Below, piece after piece: positions 54,946 to 59,802 of a stretch of DNA of 59,802 bases. The DNA is from Enterobacteria phage JenP2. How positions within the stretch are numbered: the stretch's first letter is position 1; each line of letters opens with the position of its first letter. The stretch is taken from the sequence record NC_028997.1, one strand, 5' to 3'. Under the pieces are notes generated by a model. It ran no database searches. It was not told the origin of the DNA and was given only the letters and a program-made list of their open reading frames with translations. Both the position numbers and the translations under genes were made by a program.

Positions 54946-55296
54946 ACATACATAGACAGCATATAGTGGGCAGGTGGATAGTAACAGATGTAATTATACT
55001 GGACTGTACAGTATAGTCATGTAATAGATAGCATACTAATCAAATAAAAAATAATAACGCGTGTAATAATAAACAACGTTACAGTAGAGCGCGCAACAGT
55101 CACATGACGTAACAATCACCTCACTGACGATCACGGGACGTTATAGTAACGCCGCGGGGCGGCTCTTAGATCTCTGCCAAGGATTCATCGTTTGTAGATT
55201 ATCTCGTCGCTAGACACTTTATATCCTCACCTCACCTGCCCTATATTGTTCGTATAAAGTTAATTCTGTATGTAAATACTCGAGAGGAGATCTGTT

Positions 55297-55584
55297 ATGT
55301 TCGTTCTGGCTTTCAGTAGTGCAATATGGCTAGGTATCAACTGGATCCTTGCAATTATATTAGGTCTTGTGATTTGGTATGTGCCGTTTATGCGTTACGC
55401 TGTTATCATTTCGCTTGCATATTTAGTTGTTAAACATTTCTTCGTATGGTGTGTATGCAACCCACAAGCTGCAAACATCAAACGTAAGAAAGCGAACTTC
55501 TTTACTGTGCTTATTTTAGGTTCACTGATTGTGTACGCATGGTTGCTCGGTGCGCAGAACTTAGGTTGGTTCACGTTGCCTTAA
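55297..55584 (+). CDS. small integral membrane protein
   Basis: 95 aa; three predicted hydrophobic helices; GAGAGGAGA SD; first gene of the plus-strand right-arm block. Confidence 0.5.
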   Translation: MFVLAFSSAIWLGINWILAIILGLVIWYVPFMRYAVIISLAYLVVKHFFVWCVCNPQAANIKRKKANFFTVLILGSLIVYAWLLGAQNLGWFTLP

Positions 55585-55669
55585 TGTGGTCACTAATTGT
55601 TGCGGCCGGCTATGTTAATCAACTTGCGTATCCTGTTATAGTTATTCCGTTAACGTTAAAGGGGGTTAT

Positions 55670-56035
55670 ATGAACGAGAATATAGTTAAAGCCTGGTCTA
55701 TCTTACGACCACAGTTGAAAGACGATCGTGTCGCTTTTGTTTTATGTCCTGCCAACGAATATCGCCGGAAGCTCGAAGAAGTGTTGCGCGAAGATCCTGA
55801 GTTCGTTCGCTGTGTGCAACTGTCGCGCGAGTCATCTGTTGTACAGTTTGATCGATTTCATCTTCGTTTGGTTTCTCATCACAGAGCCTCGTATGAAGAC
55901 ACTGTTATTCGTACGAGTGGGTTCCATTGTGATATTGCAATCCTTGACTGCAAATTGGACATTGGGCAGAAACAAGATTTATATAATCTCGCTCATGAAC
56001 GTCACGGTGAACTGTTAATTGTGGAAGTACAATAA
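55670..56035 (+). CDS. hypothetical protein
   Basis: 121-aa ORF. Confidence 0.45.
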   Translation: MNENIVKAWSILRPQLKDDRVAFVLCPANEYRRKLEEVLREDPEFVRCVQLSRESSVVQFDRFHLRLVSHHRASYEDTVIRTSGFHCDIAILDCKLDIGQKQDLYNLAHERHGELLIVEVQ

Positions 56036-56373
56036 TGGCTAAAGATATCGTTATTCCGAAAATGTATTGCCAGCTCCGTGATACTTTATTACAGAGCGGT
56101 TGGATTATTAGTCACAGCGATGTAAATGACACTTATATTGTTCTTATACCACCTGAAGGAACAATATCTTGTATTCTGCATTATATGCCTGAAGCGAAGA
56201 CGGTTTATCCGAACGGGTCGTTCTTGCTTCGTCTGCGCTCCGATACATGGAAGATCCAGACGGATACCTGTGCAATTGACGAGAATACCAGTAAAGAGTT
56301 TATTCGCAAGCTAACTCAGCTGAATAAAATCTACGAGCATGTTAAATTTGATTTGTTTAAGGAAGTCTTCTAA
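56035..56373 (+). CDS. hypothetical protein
   Basis: 112-aa ORF; overlapping start and stop with neighbours. Confidence 0.45.
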   Translation: MAKDIVIPKMYCQLRDTLLQSGWIISHSDVNDTYIVLIPPEGTISCILHYMPEAKTVYPNGSFLLRLRSDTWKIQTDTCAIDENTSKEFIRKLTQLNKIYEHVKFDLFKEVF

Positions 56374-56813
56374 TGCTTACTGTTAATGACCGCATCACCC
56401 ATAAAACTCAACCGACAATGATGTCTTGCATGGCAGCCTGTCTGGCTATGCTTCTTGACAGGGATGTTGAAGAAGTTGACAACGAATTCAGCTTAGACTA
56501 CGTTCGTGGGTATATTGACGTCGCCAGTTATCTTTATAGACAAGGTATCTTTGCACAGCCACATATCACTGCCGGTATGCACCAAATATATCCAGGGCGC
56601 TTATATCTTGCTACTGTACCTTCTTTGCAGTTACCTGGGCTTTTCCATCAGATCATTATTGACGCTCGTTTTGACGGTGTAACCGTATACGATCCAGCTA
56701 AAGGTCTGGAAGGGAAACAATATTATTCCTATGACCACATTGCAGAAGAAAATGAGCTGGCGTATCCTTTGCGGTCTTTCTTGATTGATTACGAAATTAT
56801 ATTACCGGAGTGA
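56373..56813 (+). CDS. putative papain-like cysteine peptidase (C39-like)
   Basis: 146 aa; Gln about 6 residues before a Cys in QPTMMSCMAACLAML, and a downstream HQIIIDARFDG His/Asp pair, consistent with a papain-like catalytic arrangement (motif-level inference). Confidence 0.4.
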   Translation: MLTVNDRITHKTQPTMMSCMAACLAMLLDRDVEEVDNEFSLDYVRGYIDVASYLYRQGIFAQPHITAGMHQIYPGRLYLATVPSLQLPGLFHQIIIDARFDGVTVYDPAKGLEGKQYYSYDHIAEENELAYPLRSFLIDYEIILPE

Positions 56814-56816
56814 TTC

Positions 56817-57170
56817 ATGAGCTTGCAACGTTTTGACAATGCAGAACTCGCGTGTGAATTTGCAAAGCGCAAGTTCGCTAAAACAGGTACGCCGCGATGC
56901 GTGCACGCGGCTATTGGGCAAAATGGGGCAAAGTATTGGTACGTTGGTACAGTAGCTCAGATCAAGCGAAGATTCGCGACTACGCTCGAAATGCGCCGGC
57001 TTGGGTCCCCTACACTTGTACGAAACAGGCACTTGGATAAAGAGGAAATTTATCAATTTCTCAGAAATTACACTGGTAAAGAGAATAGATTTCAGGTTGC
57101 AGCGAAAGAGTTTAATATTGGTCTTTCCACTGCTTATAAAATTTATCACATATATGGGCGTTTAATATGA
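56817..57170 (+). CDS. putative DNA-binding protein (C-terminal HTH)
   Basis: 117 aa; C-terminal FQVAAKEFNIGLSTAYKIY resembles a helix-turn-helix. Confidence 0.45.
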   Translation: MSLQRFDNAELACEFAKRKFAKTGTPRCVHAAIGQNGAKYWYVGTVAQIKRRFATTLEMRRLGSPTLVRNRHLDKEEIYQFLRNYTGKENRFQVAAKEFNIGLSTAYKIYHIYGRLI

Positions 57171-57661
57171 CCGCAATTGCTTATCGTAATGGGATATTAG
57201 CTGTAGATCGACAGGTTACATGGGGTAATATTGCAACGACTACGAATAAAGTTCATACTATCAGTATTCCAGGGATTGGTCTGTGTCTTGTTGCCATGTC
57301 TGGTAAACTACGTGCTGTAGATGACATTGTAGAACATTTACAAACTACGTCACGTGGACGCAAAGAACCTTTCTCAGATTTAAATCCAGATTCGCGTTAT
57401 GGTATTGCTGTGACGCAGGAACTTGTCGTGTACCCCATCTATGGTGATGGTAAATTAGGTCTACCGGACACTAACGAATTTATTGCGGAGGGTAGTGCGT
57501 TTGAGTTCTTGATGGGTACAATGGCGGCAGGTTGCAGTGCGGAAGATGCTGTGCAATTGGCGTGTGTATATTGCGATAGCTGTGGTCAGGGTGTCAACTT
57601 CTATGACGTAGCTTATACTCTGAAAATGGCGCAGTGTAAACCCGAGGAGGAACCATTTTGA
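57167..57661 (+). CDS. HslV/proteasome-beta-like Ntn hydrolase
   Basis: 164 aa; N-terminus MTAIAYRNGILAVDRQVTWGN parallels the recalled E. coli HslV [24 protein letters not shown], with Thr at position 2; Lys about 28. Confidence 0.5.
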   Translation: MTAIAYRNGILAVDRQVTWGNIATTTNKVHTISIPGIGLCLVAMSGKLRAVDDIVEHLQTTSRGRKEPFSDLNPDSRYGIAVTQELVVYPIYGDGKLGLPDTNEFIAEGSAFEFLMGTMAAGCSAEDAVQLACVYCDSCGQGVNFYDVAYTLKMAQCKPEEEPF

Positions 57662-57849
57662 AGAAGCCTAAGACTGGTCTGTTCCTTTGTGTTGGTGGAC
57701 CTTTTGACGGTAAGCGTATACGCTTAACAACATCAGATTTGTATCCAAGTTCCTCCGTTTTCTCTGTTCCATCCTATAAAAATGGTGAGAAGGGGAAATA
57801 CGTCTACAATGATGAAATTCGAAATAGTGTAATCTGGAGAACATCGTGA
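57658..57849 (+). CDS. hypothetical protein
   Basis: 63-aa ORF overlapping the upstream stop. Confidence 0.35.
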   Translation: MKKPKTGLFLCVGGPFDGKRIRLTTSDLYPSSSVFSVPSYKNGEKGKYVYNDEIRNSVIWRTS

Positions 57850-58073
57850 GTGATCCTACAAATGCGCAATTAGCGGCTGCTAGAGTGTATATGCGCGGAG
57901 CTGCCGCTGAGATTGAGGCCTTGCCACAATTTGAAAAGCATGTACAGCAACTTGAACATAAATTTAAGGCTCTTAAAGATCTAGGGGATAAGAAGGACGC
58001 TATAGCATTTCTTCTTGCTCTTCAATATTTTGTTATGGGGTCTGATGAGAAACTATGTTCCTTAGAAGAATAA
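57846..58073 (+). CDS. hypothetical protein
   Basis: 75-aa ORF. Confidence 0.4.
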   Translation: MSDPTNAQLAAARVYMRGAAAEIEALPQFEKHVQQLEHKFKALKDLGDKKDAIAFLLALQYFVMGSDEKLCSLEE

Positions 58074-58555
58074 TTAGTATGGTTGCACCTTGGCTACCAC
58101 TTGTCATAATTGTTATTCTAGCCAACTGGGCTTATGACAATGCTATAGAATCAGCTAGAAAGGAGGGTTTCGATGCCGGTGTGTCGTACCAAAAAGAAAC
58201 TCAGAAAGCGGTTGATTTCGAGGAGGAGAAACGAAGAGCATATGAGAAAGACGCTATCGAACGTCAGTACCAATCTCGCATTGAGTCTTTGGTTGCCGAT
58301 CTTAATAATTATCGCGCTACTAATGACAGGTTGCACAACGAAATCGCAACCGTCCGTAAGTACCTCGGTGACGCTACCGGCCCTCAGCCCGACAGCAAGA
58401 CAACCGCCCAGATCGCCCGTGTGCTCACCGAGCTGTATTCAGAAAGCGTCACAGAATACAGACAAGTGGCAGAAGAGGCTGAAAAGTATCGTGTTGCCGG
58501 CGAGCAGTGCGAACTACAGTATGATGCAATGCGAAATCCGCGTAAAGAAAGGTGA
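58055..58555 (+). CDS. i-spanin (Rz-like)
   Basis: 166 aa; N-terminal transmembrane helix (VAPWLPLVIIVILANWAY) followed by a charged coiled-coil periplasmic domain; contains the o-spanin ORF in another frame. Confidence 0.6.
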   Translation: MFLRRIISMVAPWLPLVIIVILANWAYDNAIESARKEGFDAGVSYQKETQKAVDFEEEKRRAYEKDAIERQYQSRIESLVADLNNYRATNDRLHNEIATVRKYLGDATGPQPDSKTTAQIARVLTELYSESVTEYRQVAEEAEKYRVAGEQCELQYDAMRNPRKER

Positions 58556-58586
58556 TAAACTGCAAAGTCCTTGCTGGATTGCGTAA
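58242..58586 (+). CDS. o-spanin (Rz1-like lipoprotein), overlapping the i-spanin
   Basis: Frame within the i-spanin gene; signal peptide with lipobox LLMTGC, Pro-rich mature region; extends 31 nt beyond the i-spanin stop. Start assigned to the Met of MRKTLSN. Confidence 0.55.
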   Translation: MRKTLSNVSTNLALSLWLPILIIIALLMTGCTTKSQPSVSTSVTLPALSPTARQPPRSPVCSPSCIQKASQNTDKWQKRLKSIVLPASSANYSMMQCEIRVKKGDKLQSPCWIA

Positions 58587-58677
58587 CTAAACGTTCAGTC
58601 TTAATTGCACATAATTGATTGTGTGCATGTGATAATTCAACTATGCTCTATTCGGTTTAACTGAATGGAGCTTTTTT

Positions 58678-59112
58678 ATGACTGTGCAACCACGAGGCAT
58701 CCGGAATAACAATCCAGGAAATATTCGTTGGGGTGATAACTGGAAAGGTCTTGTTCCAGAAAACAAACGAACTGACCGTTCTTTTTGTCAGTTTATCGAT
58801 GTAAAATACGGTATTCGCGCCATTGCGCGTATTCTACTAAACTACCGCAACCGCGAAGGGATGAAGCGTGTCGGCAATAAAGGGATTGACACTGTACGGG
58901 AAATTATTTCGCGCTGGGCTCCGCCGAATGAAAATAATACTGAAGCCTATATTCAATCCGTGTCTAAGGCTTGTGGTGTTGGTGCAGAACAGCCGATTTC
59001 ATTGACCGATGATAAAATCATGCTTGCGATCGTGAAAGCGATTATCAGACATGAGAACGGTGTGCAACCTTATTCCGATAAAGATTTGCTCGCGGGTATC
59101 CACATGGCATAG
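58678..59112 (+). CDS. hypothetical soluble protein, candidate endolysin (positional)
   Basis: 144 aa; between spanins and holin; conserved-looking NNNPGNIRWGDNWKG segment; no catalytic family confidently recognised. Confidence 0.35.
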   Translation: MTVQPRGIRNNNPGNIRWGDNWKGLVPENKRTDRSFCQFIDVKYGIRAIARILLNYRNREGMKRVGNKGIDTVREIISRWAPPNENNTEAYIQSVSKACGVGAEQPISLTDDKIMLAIVKAIIRHENGVQPYSDKDLLAGIHMA

Positions 59113-59125
59113 TAAGAGGTTATAA

Positions 59126-59434
59126 GTGTCGCCGAACTGGGATTGGAATATAGTCTTTATTCTCACTGCCATTGCGATGGTAGGGGGTTCCCTTGGCTAC
59201 GCTGCAAGAACCCATGATGCTAAAGAAAGGTTCAGACTCAGTGTCTTCATTCAAGAGGGTGCTTTTTCTGCATTCTTTGGTTTCTTGATAGGTGTAATTA
59301 ACGTGGAACATGGTGTCTCACTGGGGCTCAGTGGGGCGTTCATAGGTGTGCTATCTTGGTCAGGTTCAAGAACCATGCTAAAGTTTCTACGGAGAAAAAC
59401 GGAAGCATGTGACCGAGAAAAGGAAAGAGGTTGA
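59126..59434 (+). CDS. holin (three transmembrane segments)
   Basis: 102 aa; three hydrophobic helices and a highly charged C-terminus (RRKTEACDREKERG). Confidence 0.55.
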   Translation: MSPNWDWNIVFILTAIAMVGGSLGYAARTHDAKERFRLSVFIQEGAFSAFFGFLIGVINVEHGVSLGLSGAFIGVLSWSGSRTMLKFLRRKTEACDREKERG

Positions 59435-59673
59435 TTATGCGTCACTTCATCAATGATCTTCTTATATTGTGTAAGAAACCGCGATTGCTTTTCATCTATA
59501 TGATGATTGGACTTGCACAAATTGGAGTCAGTGCTATCGCCATTGATCAGATGCACAAGAGACATAGGGTAAACCTGCAACCTTCAACACCACCTGTTTA
59601 TGTGGTCAACAAGGTTGAACAAATCAAACAAGACATCCGGGAGATAATGTACATTCCTAAAGCTGAAATGTAG
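59431..59673 (+). CDS. small membrane protein (second holin/antiholin-like)
   Basis: 80 aa; one or two hydrophobic helices; overlaps the holin stop; followed by a strong terminator. Confidence 0.4.
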   Translation: MIMRHFINDLLILCKKPRLLFIYMMIGLAQIGVSAIAIDQMHKRHRVNLQPSTPPVYVVNKVEQIKQDIREIMYIPKAEM

Positions 59674-59687
59674 ATTGGTTTATAAGT

Positions 59688-59726
59688 AAAGCCCGCTCCT
59701 TGAATTTATATCGAGCGGGCTTTTTA
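59688..59726 (+). terminator. rho-independent terminator
   Basis: AAAGCCCGCTC - loop - GAGCGGGCTTT stem followed by TTTTATT at the end of the lysis cassette. Confidence 0.75.
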
Positions 59727-59802
59727 TTGACATTTACTATAACCCTTGCAATTACTTAATCCACCGCTTATATTCGTGTCAAGAATCGACAGGAGTAACG
59801 TT

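Noticed and set aside
1-59802. tRNA genes
   Set aside because: I scanned the non-coding stretches for cloverleaf hallmarks such as a GTTCGAATC-type T-loop or a CCA-proximal acceptor stem and found no convincing candidate. A tRNAscan-SE run would be needed to exclude them formally.
1-59802. Lysogeny functions (integrase, CI-like repressor, att site)
   Set aside because: No tyrosine or serine recombinase-like ORF or repressor/anti-repressor pair was recognised; the gene content fits a strictly lytic phage. The small HTH proteins present look like early regulators rather than a lysogeny switch.

Overview
The window looks like an almost complete genome of a tailed dsDNA siphovirus of enterobacteria. 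Its gene content resembles the 9g-like phages that carry 7-deazaguanine-modified DNA; this is inferred from sequence motifs and recalled family knowledge, not from any database search. Layout: (1) 1-23.2 kb, + strand, a lambda-like structural module (small and large terminase, portal, scaffold, major capsid, head-tail joining proteins, major tail protein with Ig-like domain, G/GT chaperones with a -1 frameshift site, tape measure, minor tail proteins, J-like central fibre, two side fibre/spike genes), interrupted by a two-gene opposite-strand insert at 18.8-19.7 kb. (2) 23.4-25.4 kb, + strand, accessory genes including a Gly/Trp-rich Cys-cluster protein. (3) 25.4-51.5 kb, - strand, replication, recombination and nucleotide metabolism (family-B-like DNA polymerase, SF2 helicase, primase/helicase, ligase, RNase H, dUTPase, exonuclease, SSB-like protein, Sak4-like ATPase) with an embedded 7-deazaguanine DNA-modification cluster (dpdA, folE, queD, gat-queC, one unknown ORF, queE) and many small early ORFs. 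(4) 51.5-52.5 kb, a ~1 kb non-coding hub rich in palindromes and degenerate repeats. (5) 52.5-54.7 kb, - strand, duplicated small-protein families. (6) 54.8-55.3 kb, a non-coding region with three tandem 26-27 bp repeats. (7) 55.3-59.7 kb, + strand, early genes (membrane protein, papain-like peptidase, HslV-like hydrolase, HTH protein) and a lysis cassette (overlapping spanins, candidate endolysin, holin). No tRNA, CRISPR array, integrase or repressor was recognised. The candidates most likely to be new biology are the unknown ORF inside the deazaguanine cluster, the helicase carrying an SSB C-terminal tip, the protease pair, and the duplicated small-protein array. Coordinates of hairpins and short motifs are hand-counted and may be off by 1-2 nt; two hand translations disagreed with the ORF track by one base, so the track was treated as authoritative for frames.
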